Positions 12,944 through 26,900 of a stretch of DNA of 64,000 nucleotides are shown here, in pieces. The notes under the pieces were generated by a model that was not told the origin of the DNA, searched no databases, and saw nothing but the letters and a program-made list of their open reading frames with translations. The first letter of the stretch is position 1. Every line of letters starts with the position of its first letter. The DNA lies in the NCBI GenBank assembly GCA_051362555.1, contig CM120640.1, positions 57,018,788-57,082,787 of the forward strand. Reading direction: 5' to 3'. The translations under genes were made by a program, and so were the position numbers. Origin of the DNA: Lingula anatina (Eukaryota; Animalia; Brachiopoda).

Positions 12944-15404
12944 TCATCTGGCAAACCGAATATCCACGTAGACACGGCCAATTGATGGGACAGAATCTTT
13001 GTCAGTCGTGCTCTTAGTATGACGCGGTGACTGTGATGATTTCCGCACAAGGAACGCAGGATAACTAAGGCACAAACGAGCGCCAATTCCAAACGCTTGT
13101 GTTTCTTCTTTCGTTAACTTCATTTCCGCGACTAAGAATATTGCCCCACTTTCCCGCACGCCCTAGAAAAAAACACAAATAATTGTAGTTACAACGTAAT
13201 TCAGAAAACATAAAGCGCACATTATATCACCTGTTTTCTCATCATAGAAATTTATTTTTGCCAAGACCTGATAATAACTGGTAGAAAAAGTTTTTTTATG
13301 TATAAAAGCTCGTTGATTCGTCTGATATTCTTACCAGTTTTTGAATGTAATTTCTATTCTTTTACCAGTTATACATGTATGTAGTCTTTCTTGACTTTGT
13401 ATTCAGCTACCGTGTATTTTATCAAGCTCTTACTTTGTGTGTTTATGAGTTAGACTGTTATAAAACTTCTTGAATCGTTTATCTTCAATGTTGTTCAACA
13501 AAACTTTCGTCGGGAACGAAGTGAACATTTTCTATACTGGTTTTCATACAACTGAAGCTCTAAATTTCTTGAATAGAAAGTTGTAAATTATAAAATCAAT
13601 TTTTTGTATACAACTACAATGCTACTAGGTATTTCTTTAAAGATCTATACGGTATAGTATCATTTTGTCTACATATTCTATTGTTAAATATTTACTTACA
13701 TTGCGGCCTCTCCGCATTTTGAGTAGAAGCACATCTTTTTCGAGCACTTCTGGGTAGAAAGGAGAGATGATACAAGTGGTCGCACTGATGTCTTTGTAAA
13801 CAGTTATATTCTGAAAATTGAAGTCAAATATTCATCATAATGTAGTGGCCTTTCTAGGAAAACTGGAAAACGGACAGGATTAAAAATACCCATATTAATT
13901 AATGGCGTGTGCTAAAAATGAAATTGATTAAATGAATAAAAATTAAAAAAAAAAAGAAAGAAAAAAAGAAAGAAAGAAAAGAAAACTAGTCAATTTGGCC
14001 AATCTTTCTAAAGAAACTTTTGTTTTTGAGAGTTCAGGCAGTATCATTATTGATAAAATGAGGAAAGGAACTTCTCGCGCTGCACTTTTCTGATAATGCT
14101 CAAGTGCTTTATTTATAATGAACCTTGAAAAGTATCGTGTCAGAAAGAATGGGACGAGCTTCTGAAACAATCTTACTCTAATATAGTCCATTAATTTGTG
14201 ATTCATCGTTACTAGAAAGTGGTACTCACGGTTGTATAGTCATGTATAATGATGACTCTGTCGCTGTCCGGAGTCTCGGGAGTGACAGACATGGAGTACG
14301 TGTCTCGGTCATACACAGGAGCTCTGTATAACCTCCCATTCGATTTAAAAGTATAGCTGGGAATCTGATGGAAATAAAGAAAATAGTTAAAACAAATATG
14401 ATTAATATCCACTTTAAATTTTTGATTCAAAAATACCTTGATGGTCAACTAAAAACATTTTCCTTTGCGTCGTATTTCTTCTGTTAGTTATCTAATCTTT
14501 ACCGGCAACACACAAAAAATCTTTTTTATAGCTTATCATAACTGCCGGCCTGCAGGTGATCCAAGGAGATCCGTTGGACGTTACCTGATATAAATATCGT
14601 CTATACGAGCGGGGTTTGTTTACATAGAGATAAGCACACTTTAACTTACTTTAATCATGCGATTCTCATTCTAATATTAAGTTCTTCAAACGTTATACAC
14701 TAAGGGTAAACACCATTTCTATCATTCTTTTACATTCAGATTTTATCTAAAACGTAAACAGGGACAAACAATTTACCTAACGAGGTTTTGTTGACGACAA
14801 ATTTACAATAAATTACACATCTTGTTTCTCTTTTGATTTTACGAGCAACTGCAGTGACCATAAATGATATTTATGTTGCAATTAATGATCAGTAGAACAA
14901 AAAAGCAGCAGTAAATCAAAAACTTTTTTTTGCACAAAAAACACTCGAGCGGACATTAATCAAATACACAACGAAGCTACTGCTATTTAAAAGCATTACG
15001 TTTTACGTAAAGAAAAAAAAAATCAAAAACGCACAATAAGATGACATAAAAAAGGATAAAGCCATTTGTACAAGTAAAAATGATAATATTACATCAAAAC
15101 ACCGCGTTCGCTTATAACACAACATAATTAACGGCTGAATAGAACTCATAGAAAATAATTTCACCAATCTATCTAGATGCATAAATTTAAATTTAAAGTC
15201 AAACGCTGGAAAGTTTGATTTACAAAAGGACATGTTCACCTTTGATAAACCATTAATAATGGTTTTTAACATATAAATCCTCTTTTGACTTTGTAGTTAA
15301 ATTTTCACTTAAAAATCACAATGTTTTACATAAAGTCCCCTTACCGATCTCGCCTTGATTAACGCAAACGCCCAGAAAATCAGTGCGATCCATAATTTCT
15401 GCAT
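12944..15404 (-). CDS. Secreted BRICHOS-domain precursor protein (about 174 aa, multi-exon)
   Basis: Phase-0 exons 15404-15345 (MQKLWIALIFWAFALIKARS, signal peptide), 14364-14230 (...DRVIIIHDYTT), 13810-13700 (NITVYKDISATTCIISP...) and 13162-12944 (...ARLCLSYPAFLVRK...IGRVYVDIRFAR*). All junctions are GT-AG and the frame is open. The HDY...VYKD...TC and LC..YP pattern with two Cys matches BRICHOS. A possible extra exon starts at 14584. Confidence 0.78.
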
Positions 15405-17310
15405 TCTGTTAAGATGAGTGGTAGACAAGAGGAGCTCTGAAAAGACATGAAACATTCTGAAAATCCTTTTAGTCGTCTGGACAAACGTTCCTTACATTAG
15501 ACATATGTGGAAATTATTTTGGCAGGATATTATAGTTACAAGCTTGGCAACGAAAGAGGCCAAACCCCTATAATGCGCACGCGGAACAAATTGCCCAAAT
15601 AGTTACTGTGTTATAATGCACACAGACGCATCTCATTCTGCAATTATTGCCACGTGCCTCAAGTTTACGCGGCTTCGTTATGACATTAATTTCACACAAA
15701 TCACCCAAATACAATTGTCTGGGGTTTCTTTTTGAACCTGTGCCCACCCATAGTTAAGACGGAGTTTTAGTGCGTCAAATATCCCACAAAAACATATTCC
15801 ATGTAATTATAACGTGTCCGAGACAACCCAGGACAGATGGGAGCGCCAGGAACCAATTTTGGATGGTAAGTTAATGCTGAACTCCGAAGTCGAGAAAGTT
15901 GGCTCGCTTTTGTTTTAGGAGGACCTCGTAACAGCCAAATCAATTACAAAGGTTACTGAAACTTAAACAGTTTTTTAATGAGTTCTATTCAGGCGAGGAA
16001 ATTTCAAAGAAAACGAGGCGTCGGAAAGGATGTGCGAACAGCGTTTATGGATTGGCAATCAATTATGTGACTTATTGTTCGTATAATGCATAGCAAATGA
16101 GTTCGTGAGAAGAAAACACCGTGCTAATCATGTCCAGACTCCAAGCCAATTGATAAAAACGGTTCACAGAATGAAACGCGCAATTTGATAGATAAACTTA
16201 TATCAATTTTTCCTGCAATTGACCGGATAGACCGAAAAAGAAAAAAAAAACCTCAAAAGTTAGTACTATACAAAGGAAATTTTAGAAAGCAAGTAATTAA
16301 AAAGGTGTTTTGGTTTAATGACAAGATGGTTGCTACAAAATACTGTTACAAAATAAATACAGTATACCTGAATATACTTTTCCATCCATTGTTTCCTAAT
16401 CTTTTTCTCTCCTCGATGATTTCTATTTAAAAAATGGAACTGTTTTCTCTCTTTTTAATATTACTTTCATACAAGATAGCCCATTTGGAACTTTTATACG
16501 TGTTCCATAAATTTCACATGCCCCACGTTCGGCTTTTATCGTTTTTGATAAGGAAAGAACAATGGGGCATATTTTATGAAGTTTGAATGTTTTCTACACT
16601 GCATAAACTTTTCTTTCAATTACTGGCACACCACAAAAGTATACACTCGTTCACCTAACAGCCAGAAAATAGTTTTTCGAAATGCTTTCGCTTAAATCGA
16701 AACGTTCTTATTCTTTCTAAGCTCGGCTCAAGTATAATTAATGGGAAAAATATAACAAAATAATATATAAAGCACATTTTTCAACTTCAGAACCCCAACA
16801 AGAACGCAAAAAGTTTGATTCCTCAAGTACTAGTAGCAAACCTACTTTTTAAGTGGTACGGTTCTTCGCTTGACCTGCCTTGACTGAAGAGGCCTTGATT
16901 TATCAAAACTTTGTCCCGTGTAAGAATTTGTACAAACGAAGACCGAAAGAAGCGGAAGTTACATCAAATCTTTTTGTCCTAGAATACAGTGTTTCACTGT
17001 TTAATGACAGCTGATATGGGGTTTGCCCTGAAACCTTGTTTTTGTTCTTTTTGTTCCGTGATATTGTTTTAGCCTTTTAACCCATAAACTAGGACAAAAC
17101 CCATTGCGAAGTAAATAGATATACCTAAATATTCCGTTATCAAAGCGAGGGTAGATTAAATAGCCGCACTTAGAGTGAAACGGTAACTCAAACAACGGGC
17201 CGTTTTCTGAGACGCAAAGACAGTTTTATGAATGAAAGGGCAGGGATAGACGAGTAGTTCAGGTATCAATGAGACAAACATTATTGTAAATTAAAACTAA
17301 AAATGAAAAG

Positions 17311-17465
17311 GGCAGTGGAATCCTGATAAGAAGGAGAGCACAGCAATATCACGTCTTATAACAACTTTGCCCTAAAAAGACAAATAGTATTCACATCAGT
17401 TGTAGTTATCAATGAATTCAAGGAAGGACCCTCCCTTCTCCCCTTCTTATCAGGATTCCACTGTC
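17311..17465. repeat. Short inverted-repeat element (MITE-like remnant)
   Basis: CAGTGGAATCCTGATAAGAAGG near 17313 and its reverse complement CCTTCTTATCAGGATTCCACTG ending near 17463, with a spacer of about 105 bp. No clear TSD. Confidence 0.65.
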
Positions 17466-20099
17466 CAGCACCAATATATATGGATTATACTTATTAAATA
17501 CATAGAATGCGAATTATTGATAAGAAGTAGTGAAGAATATTTAAATCGCATTTTACACTATTCCACTTAGGCCCATTCTCAATTCTGCCCTATTCATTCT
17601 TCAGTAAATTATATCCAAACGCGTTTCAAGACTTTTTTCATGGTACATGAAGCCATAAAATGGCGATAAATAACGAAATTGGTTTTATTCCGTTTACATA
17701 AACAACTAAACAATCGATCTCCATACCTTAACAAACGCACATAGCAATAAGTAAGGCAAAGTGTCGCAACGCCTAGTGCTAATGGCTTCTTTTTCATGAT
17801 ATCTCTGCAACTTTTTCAATTAATTTTACCACGTGTCTTCCATATCTCATTTACCAAAACAGTTATATCATGACGAGAAAAAGGACTGAGGCTTAAACTT
17901 ATGATAAAACATTTATTAAGTTTACATGTATGTAAGCAGACCTGTAGCCAGCAATTTCAAAGGCGGGGTACCTTATTACAGCGAAAATGACTCGTTAATA
18001 GTCGCCCTTTTCCCAGCCCAATCCATTCGACGCTACCTTTTCTAAGGGTTTGATAAGGGTGAAAAAATATTTTTCTTCATATGCAGTACTTCACCAGTCG
18101 TTCGCAGTATGGCTGGTAAATGGACAAAGTAAATCTTCGCATTTTACAGAAACATTTCAAATCAATGTTTTACGTGTATTGTTTTGCACCATTCCAAGTC
18201 CAGTGGAAACGAACAGCGGGGAAGCATAAATGTTTCTTGAAGTATTCATGATTGTGAGAATGAAACTTTTACAATGAAATAGGGTACATGTTCCGAGATG
18301 TTCCTCACATAGTTGGGTTCTTTTCTCGAAAAAAATTATACACCTAATGGGGGAAAATCATTGGCGCGAAATAGTCCATGGAATGTTAAGACCATTTGCT
18401 CAAGTTTTCGAAACTTTCCCCCTGGTATTCAGTGTTCATTTTAGTATTTCCAGTGATTAAGAAAACGCATCCCAGTACGTTTTCAAGATCCTTGTTCAAA
18501 ATGAATTGCGATCTTTTGATATTAAAAGCTTTGTGAGCGTCCTCAAAATTCTACTTTTACATACTTTAATGAAGTTTGAATACATCTAAGACTGTATATA
18601 TCAGTTATGAAATGGTTGTCAATCAGCATCAATTTAGTACCAAATATGCTTTGAAAAACTTATCCCTGAACAGCAATATCTCAACCACGTCTGTACCCGT
18701 GTTTAATTAAAAAAGATATCCGAAATGTTCAGGAGATTGCTTGCAAATGTTTTGGCATGGAACGACTGACAGAATATTATCTACAGTATTATCTACAGTA
18801 TTATCTAGCTATATATCATTTACTGTCAGCCATTTACTCTTTCAACACCCCTCCCTGCGTATATAAAATGTAAAATATAATTGATCAAAATATTAAATCC
18901 AGATACCACAATACATACCTGTTTTTTCTAAAAGAATATCTTAGCACATATCCAGCCGTTATGCTTTCCACTTCGGAGTTTCAGGTAATACTCCACTGTA
19001 GTTTATCTGATGTCCATTTATATCCCCTGTTCTCATGCACGCATCAATCAGGGCTTAAACAGTTACTTCTATTTTAAAGAATAAAACACCTACACCTTTC
19101 TATATTAAGACCTCTTCCAATCAAGCACTGCAATCTGAGCAGACACACGCCGGAAACGCGACTATTATCAAAAGTGTATCTACGACCGTGTTCTGCAGTC
19201 GGCGTTCCGCAACGTCACTTTATGTACTTGGCATTAATCACCGTAGAGGAATTACTGATTGGTATGTTTATTGCAAGATGGAAATGGGTCTATCATCTAT
19301 TTCGTCATTCACGAAGAATTTTGAAGAAATGTTTTAGAGAAGTCTCGACGAAAAATCCCCTCAGAGGTTGAAGCGCTTGAGGAGACTGGGGAAATGTAGG
19401 AGGGGGGGGGAGAGGGAGTCTACGGTCATTGTTATTTGCCAAAGAAAAGTTCCCTCTATAAGCAAACGTAATAATAGAATCATATACTCCAAGAACACAG
19501 TATGGGTATTACCGCCGCACCCCTGACAACAGTGTGCCCGTAATACAACACCATATCACACAACACCACACAACTCGGGCACTGTATATTTCAAATTTAA
19601 ATGAAAAAATAATGTTTGCATTTGCTTACATGTATCTATACCAGAACCTCCTATCTGTATTACTTCCTACTCCGTATTTTGTCTACTAAAAATGGAAAAG
19701 CAGGTTTCTCCTTTTTCACTTACATCGAATAATGTTAAGTGAAGCTATTCAGTCCTGAGAGCACCATTTAAGATAAATTACAACCCAATACTGAAAAGAA
19801 CGCGGCCCCAAGTGGGAGCAATGCACTTAATAAAAAGTGATCAACAAATCAACGACTTGGTTTTCTTCGGTGGGACATTGACTATAAATGGAAAATAAAT
19901 CGAGTTGTAAACAAATGGGAGCCTTTTTTTTGGCCAGATTTAATCTTGATGTGGAAAGCGAATAAGCTGTTTGTGCGAGCATTTATGTTCAATAAAAGAT
20001 TTATAGTTGAGGTTTGTTGAATGTTTCATAAAGAGTGCGTTTAGGATTTTATTCAATGACCTATATAGGAAAGGGGTTGCCTTCATTGAAGATACTCTT

Positions 20100-20552
20100 C
20101 AGGGCCGTAGCCTGGGCAAAATGCCAGGGGGGCAGTAAGCGGACACGAGGGGGCGAAGGGGTGTGGAAAATTTTTAAAAACTGTATGTATAATACTGCAT
20201 TCTGGTGCATTTTAACTGTTATTTATTGCTCAATCAGAAGTCAGAAATTGTGGGTTCATTTTGCCATAAGTACAGTCATTTTTTCAACACAACACGCCGA
20301 CTGGACTTTTCGGTATGAACTGAGTTGGCTAAAACAGTACACCTTTGTAAACAGATTGTTGAATGATTGTCTAGTGGCCATGACTGTATTTTCTCACAGA
20401 ATTGATACCAACTTTGCAATTACTTTTTTTTACCTTTGGGATTATTATTATTATTTATTTATTTATTTATTTTTTTTTGCACCTCAAATCCCAGGGGGGG
20501 GGGGGGCAGCTGCCCCCCCCTGCCCCCCCCCCCCCCGGAGGCTACGGCCCTG
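20100..20552. mobile_element. hAT-like MITE with 5-bp TSD (hAT5-type)
   Basis: TIRs CAGGGCCGTAGCC / GGCTACGGCCCTG, G/C-run subterminal tracts, flanked by the direct repeat CTCTT. Confidence 0.8.
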
Positions 20553-20884
20553 CTCTTTCTCCATTACAATAAAGAAGGCCAGTGTTTAAAAAATTAATTA
20601 AAAGAAAAAACACAGAAAGATACAGAGGGTCGGTCTCCGACGTCCAGTTTTCTACCTCTACATACCCCACGCACGCACTCAAATGTATTCGCGCCCTACT
20701 GTGAGCTTCGGAGTATAGTAGGCCTACATGCAATATTATTTCATATTATTGGTTTTGTCGCAACTTTCTTTGACAAAATATTATGTAAAACTGCTTTAAA
20801 TAACATATAATGAAATAACTCGCATGCATCACCTTTGATTAAACTTCTGGAACTTTGTAACTGAATGGAATGTAGTCCACTTAG

Positions 20885-20990
20885 CTTATGACGTGAGTCA
20901 CAGAACCTCGGTGTGGTTTTCAGGGGAATTCCCGGCAGATGTCTCTAGCAGCGTATCCACAACATCATTGTTGTTCAAAATGGCGGCAGA
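20885..20990 (+). promoter_or_regulatory. ACSS2 proximal promoter and start context
   Basis: Overlapping CRE half-site/AP-1 sequence TGACGTGAGTCA near 20889-20900, and the YY1/TISU-like CAAAATGGCGGC spanning the start codon at 20980. Confidence 0.45.
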
Positions 20991-23900
20991 GAATGGAGCC
21001 GGCAGCGAGGACATGGTGTTTTCTCCATTGAAACATATCCAAGATGGAGCACACGTCTCCAGCATGGAGCAATACAGAGAGATGTACAAGCAGTCTGTAG
21101 AAGACCCAGAAGCATTCTGGGGCAAGATTGCGAGAGAATTCTATTGGAAGTCACTGCCAAAAGGAAAGTTCCTCGACTACAATTTCGATGTACGTAAAGG
21201 CCCGATTTTCATCAAGTGGATGGAAGGCGCTGTTACAAATATGTGTTACAATATGCTTGACAGGCATATCAGCAACGGTTTAGGGGATACTGTTGCATTT
21301 TACTGGTATGTAGTATATGTTTGCATTTCTCCACTTTCACACATGTACACATTGCTACTGGTACGTACGTTACTCGGTAGTTCTAGTGGTGGAAGCGAGT
21401 GGGCTTGACACCCATTGACCCATTTTCTATTGTCATTCTTATTCGTGAAACATGACACTGTTTGCAGTCAATTATTATGACAGTTACTGCCACCTCAGGA
21501 GGGTAACTGGCATTGGAAGCATCGTTTTAGATAGATTTTATTTATTTATTTTTGTCAGGATATGACACTTCAACACAAAAGTATTAAATAAAATTTATAT
21601 ACTTTTATTAGTAATAAATAAGCTGGCACCCATGAAAAGTTGGATAAATACATAGATATAATGGCGCAGTAAGATAAAATATCTAAATGATAAAAGGGAG
21701 AGTATTACTCCATATTAAATCAAATGTTAATGTTTACCATGCAGTCAGATGGAATAATTGTCATGAGAAAGCCATTGTTATAATTGGTGAAATATTGCCA
21801 GATATATGCTTTATTTAACCATATGTACGGTACACATGCAGGCATTTTATAAGTGTATAATGGTCTTTATTTATCATGTTGTGCAGGAACAAATGAGTCA
21901 GGAAAAAAGTTTATAAAACAGTTGCAGGCATTTTCAGTAAATAACTGTTAAAATTTGTGATAACATGCCCCTGGAAATATTTGTAAACGGTAGTAGTAAA
22001 GTATGGATTTTTAATCTTTGAAAAGCAGTGAGAGATATGAGCCTCTTCTTTTGTATCACTGACTTTTGGATAACAAATCACATTTATGACTTAGATGTTC
22101 TTTGCAATCCTTTTATATCATGCCCACAGATGTCTAAAAAAATACTGTGTGGTGCATAATAAATTATTGTTCACAGTCACCATTAGAATAATGCATTATT
22201 TAAAACAACATCATATTGAATGGCATGTCTCAAAAGCATTTTGTATGTAGGGGATAATATGAAGAAACAATTCCTATTCAGTTTTTCTATGTATTTTTAA
22301 AAGAAATATTTGGCTGGCCATGCAGCAGTGTTTTTAGCTATTGGTCACTTGTAGAGAAACATCCCTTTGAACCCAGCTGTTCAAATACAAAATTGAGTAT
22401 GCACTGCATTTTTCTTTATTCTTTTGTGGACTATTGATTGAAATTGCCAAGTTTCTAGTGTTTAGAACTCAAAGAAAAATTTCAGGTTGGTGTACAGGAT
22501 TCCTTCACCTTGTGTTTGTTTGCCTAATATTAGTTTAGAATATGTGCACTGATGTCTCCCCCTTAAACAACAGAAAACTAAAACGGCAAGACATTGTCAG
22601 CAAAATATTGGTGCCTATGTCATTGTGTAAACTTTTCAACAGTGCTTTGGGTGCAATCAAAGAGCATTCACACATCCCTAAAGTGAGAGGCAGTAGCACC
22701 ATACTGGTTTCCCATTAGCTCAGCCAAAACTGAGTGAAAACAGGTATATTATCCAGGCCCTTAGCCAGGGGGGGTTTGGGGGGGGGTTCGAAAGAACCAC
22801 CCTTTTTCTTGGGAAAAGGTCCACTTTGGGTAAAATTTGACCTATGTAATTGAGGATTTTATGGTAAAAGGTCCCCTTTTTCAGAAAACGAACCCCCCCC
22901 TCTGAAATTGCTGGTTACGGGTCTGTTATCTTTCAAGTGAATATTTCGATGTGAGTATTTTGATCAGTTTGCATTCTCTACCAGAGACCAGCTTTGTGAT
23001 AACATAATTGTTGTGCAAAAACTTGCTGGTACATAGCTAGTTCATGGGCAGAGAAATAATCTGGGGTAGCGCTAACACTCACCAATTTAGCCAAATGCTA
23101 AAACTTAAGTAAAATTAAGAACAGGTCAAATCAGTTATAAAACTTCATGCCAGCAAATTAGTATGTCTGTTCTGGTGCAGCATGTTTTCTTGGATTTTCT
23201 TTACAAGATTTTTAGATTTTCTTTACAAGAGCCATTCCATATTTACCTTATCCCACCATTTTTCTTGTTAAATTTGATGTCACTGTTATCCATAGCACTT
23301 CAGTTCAAGAGTAATTTTAATTGTCCAAAACTAATTCTTTTCCATTTTAATTTGATGTGAAGAGAGGTGCAATTTAACTACATGTTTTCTGAGCTTTAAA
23401 AAAATCTAGTATGAAAAATATTGAATAATGGTTCTACACAAAGAATAAACTTTGCAGTAGCTGTTACTTGTGCTCTCTCTGCTTGCCTGGTGAAAGTCAG
23501 TTCATTTTGCAATATCAGTCCATATCAGTCACAATAGAGGTATACCCTAAATATGCAAAAATGACAGATTTCATGTATTAAATGGAGAACATGATAGGGG
23601 AAAGCAATATGAATTGTATGTAGATGGCAGTGTGAGGTGGGGGAGCTCATGGCTCTGTATTTGCATTGATTTGATAAGCCTTTATTTCTTTTCTCTATTT
23701 GCTTACAGGGAAGGCAATGACCCCGGAGATGATGGACAGATTACCTACACCGGTCTTTTGAAAGAAGTGTGCAAGTTTGCCAATGTATTAAAAAGTTTGG
23801 GTAAGGTACCCACCTCTTGTTAAAAATGGATTTTGTAGAATTTTATCAGGATATTGCCATACTGCCTGTGCTCAAATTAACTGTAACTGTTATTTAAACT

Positions 23901-26900
23901 TGCTACTTTAGATTAAGCTAACTTAGAACATAGTGCATGTTTGAAAATCTTGGAAACAAGATGAATATTAGCAAAAAGTAACTTTTGAAATCAAGTAACC
24001 TGTCCTGTTTTAGTTATTTCCCAAGGAAACGGATGTTTTTTTCTGTTTTCTTTACAACCTGTATGTGTTAGATTAATTCCAGACACTGCTTGGGTTTCAT
24101 TTCATTGCATTGATTTTGTGCAAAGCTGATGTTGGATTTGTGACTTATTACCTCCATAGGCAGACATGTAGAAAATGAAGTGTACAAAATAATCTAGTTT
24201 AGGGTCCCAGTGGGGTCTTTACAATCAAGATATATTTTGATTTATTGTAATTTCTAAAGTATTAAAGATGTGGTGCTCTTCTGTTCTCATCGATTGATTT
24301 TACTTTCTTCAGAGAAAAGGTCCACTTTGGGAATATCAGTTTGATGGTTATTTTCAGAGCAGAATTGATTTTATTCTGATAACAAAGTCAACATGAATTT
24401 TATTTTAAGTCATGTAAACACAATAAAATGTTACAGATATTGATTATAATAACTTCTAGTTGGTCATTCTATTTTTTTTTTCTGTAAACCAAAGATGCAC
24501 ATTTGACATTTTTTTATTGATAAATGTACTGGGGGCTTAATTTATTATATTATATTTCTGTGATATTATAACTATTAGTAGTAATAAATGGAAAATAAGT
24601 ATTTAGATGCATTATTTAATGAATGACATTATGTAATTTTTCTAAGGAAAGTGAAGATTATTGGAATTGCTTGGTATTGTTTGATAAAAAAGCATGAATG
24701 AATTTTAAGTTAATTAGCAGCAATGTCTGATACAAATTTGTTTTCAGGTGTACAGAAGGGCGACCGAGTGGCCATTTATATGCCTATGATAGTGGAATTA
24801 TGTACTGCAATGTTGGCATGTGCCAGGATAGGTGCAATCCATTCTATAGTGGTGAGTGTAGTTGCTGGATGTAATTGTATGTGTACTGGTATATGTGTAT
24901 TTAGTCCATCTGCACAAATGAAGAGATTTGAAATTTTACTTGTATATGAAAAAGAGACTTAAACATGCAGTTCTTGTCTTTTTTTGCCATGTGATATGTA
25001 CATTAGTATACCACTTTGCATAGTTCACATTCCAGATGTGATATATGTATGCAGGTTGGTTATCTGTCCTTGAACTCACCTGAATACTGTGCTTTCATTC
25101 ATAGATGCAGAGTGAAACAAGTGTGAAATATGTCTCCCCTCTATTCCATAGTAAAAATCCAATACTTTCTAGTGAATGTTTGATAGTCCTTTTTAGATAA
25201 CTAATTTGTTTGAAATCAATACAAGCACTGTAAGTTCAGAATTTTTTAATGGCACAATTTATCTATGATTTTGTATGCAACATTAGATTTTATTCCATTT
25301 ATATTTAAAACAAAATTGACTAACTGCTGTTTTGTTTGAAAAAATATTTTTTTTATTTGAGATTTATATTCTTGTTTTGTTCTTTTTCAGTTTGGTGGAT
25401 TTTCTTCTGCTTCTCTAGCAGAAAGAATACTGGATGCAAAATGCACTGTGTTGATTACTGCAGGTAAATAAAGTTTTACAAGAACTAACTTGGGGAAGTG
25501 GCTTCTATATATTTTCAAAAATTAAATGTATAAAGACAGAAAAGATAAAGTATTTTTACTGAGACAAAAAGTCATGTTTACTTTCCTTGGAAAATATTTA
25601 TATTGTATTTTTACTTTCTCGAATTTGATCAGAATTGGATTCTGAACACTCATTTGGTTTCAGAAGTGTGGTTGGTTTCAGGTAATTTTAGCAGTTCATT
25701 GATTTGTAATTAAGAAATATTGAGACGATGGATGATTACAGCTGAGAAAGTGTCTAACACTCCAGGAATCCAGCTGATGATATCTCCCCTCATTTCTCCT
25801 GGCTGACATTTGATCAATTCATGGAAAGGACTAAGATACTTTTTTTAAATTTCATTTTTAGATGGTGTCTGGAGAGGCAGTAAACTCCTCAATCTGAAAG
25901 AAATCTCTAATGGGGCAATGCAATACTGCACAGAAAGGTAAACAACTGGGCTGCAGTCTGGTTAGTCTGGTGTTTTATTGTCATAGCCAAGGATCCTTTG
26001 ATCATGTCATATCAGTTAAACATATTTTATACAAGGACGATCTGATTGAAAAAAATTATGAAAAAAAAAAGAATAAAGAGAAATTTAACTGTCATTAGCT
26101 TTAATTTGCAGACTAATTTAAACAGCATTATAATAGAATAGTTAACAGTAATAATATGTTAGTTGAATACTGTTTTTTTTTGTTGTTGTTTAAAGTACAA
26201 TGCACCTGTCTATTACAAATAAATCATTCATATCTTTTTACATTACATTCTTTTCGCAATCTTTACAGCTGGTAAATTTTTAAAAAGATTTCATTGCATA
26301 GTGTGTAGTGTATTTCAGTTCATTAAGCTCACTTTTTTCAGTCGAATGACATATATGTACCTCCACACATGACCCTATCCCTCTCCCAATGTATGTCAAT
26401 ATATCTCATTCCAACTGGCTTATATCATAGCTTTTCTGTATCACTAGTCTGGTGTGTTTGATAAGTGAATAGGCAAAGCATTGAGGAACACATTTGTATA
26501 CATGTATCATATAATTTTATCAGTGTTATTCTGTTTATATAATGTTTAATGATTGCAAGGAATGATCAGATAGACGGTAGTATATATTTAGTGCTTGCAT
26601 GTAGAGATCTAGCCCCATGCATTTAAAATTCAAACAAGGTAATCTGCTAACGTAGACATGATGTTGATTTGTTTGTATGGGCCAGTAGGCTGGTTATTGT
26701 GAATTAATGTCAAAGTGATATATAATATTATGGATTTAATATAATATATGTTTACTTTAAAGCAGGTAATGATTTTAACAAGGGTTGAATATTATTTTTT
26801 CCCCCAAATTATTTTGAGTACCATAGTGGATATTATATATTACTGATTAAAACTGATTTTTGTATATAGATTTGTATTGGAATGGGATAAAATGTTTTAA

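Noticed and set aside
14503-14584. 82-nt exon as a constitutive part of the BRICHOS gene
   Set aside because: Good acceptor, but the GTAAAG donor gives phase 1 and breaks the downstream frame. Only a weak internal GTTATG donor keeps the frame, so it was left out of the model.
15815-15875. Plus-strand donor ATG|GTAAGT suggesting a divergent first exon
   Set aside because: No downstream exon or coding signal could be linked to it.
20035-20589. 184-aa ORF
   Set aside because: Almost coincides with a MITE; its Gly/Pro runs come from G/C homopolymers; no recognisable domain.
20893-20979. N-terminal extension of ACSS2 from GTG at 20893
   Set aside because: Non-ATG start overlapping promoter motifs; the ATG at 20980 has a strong context.
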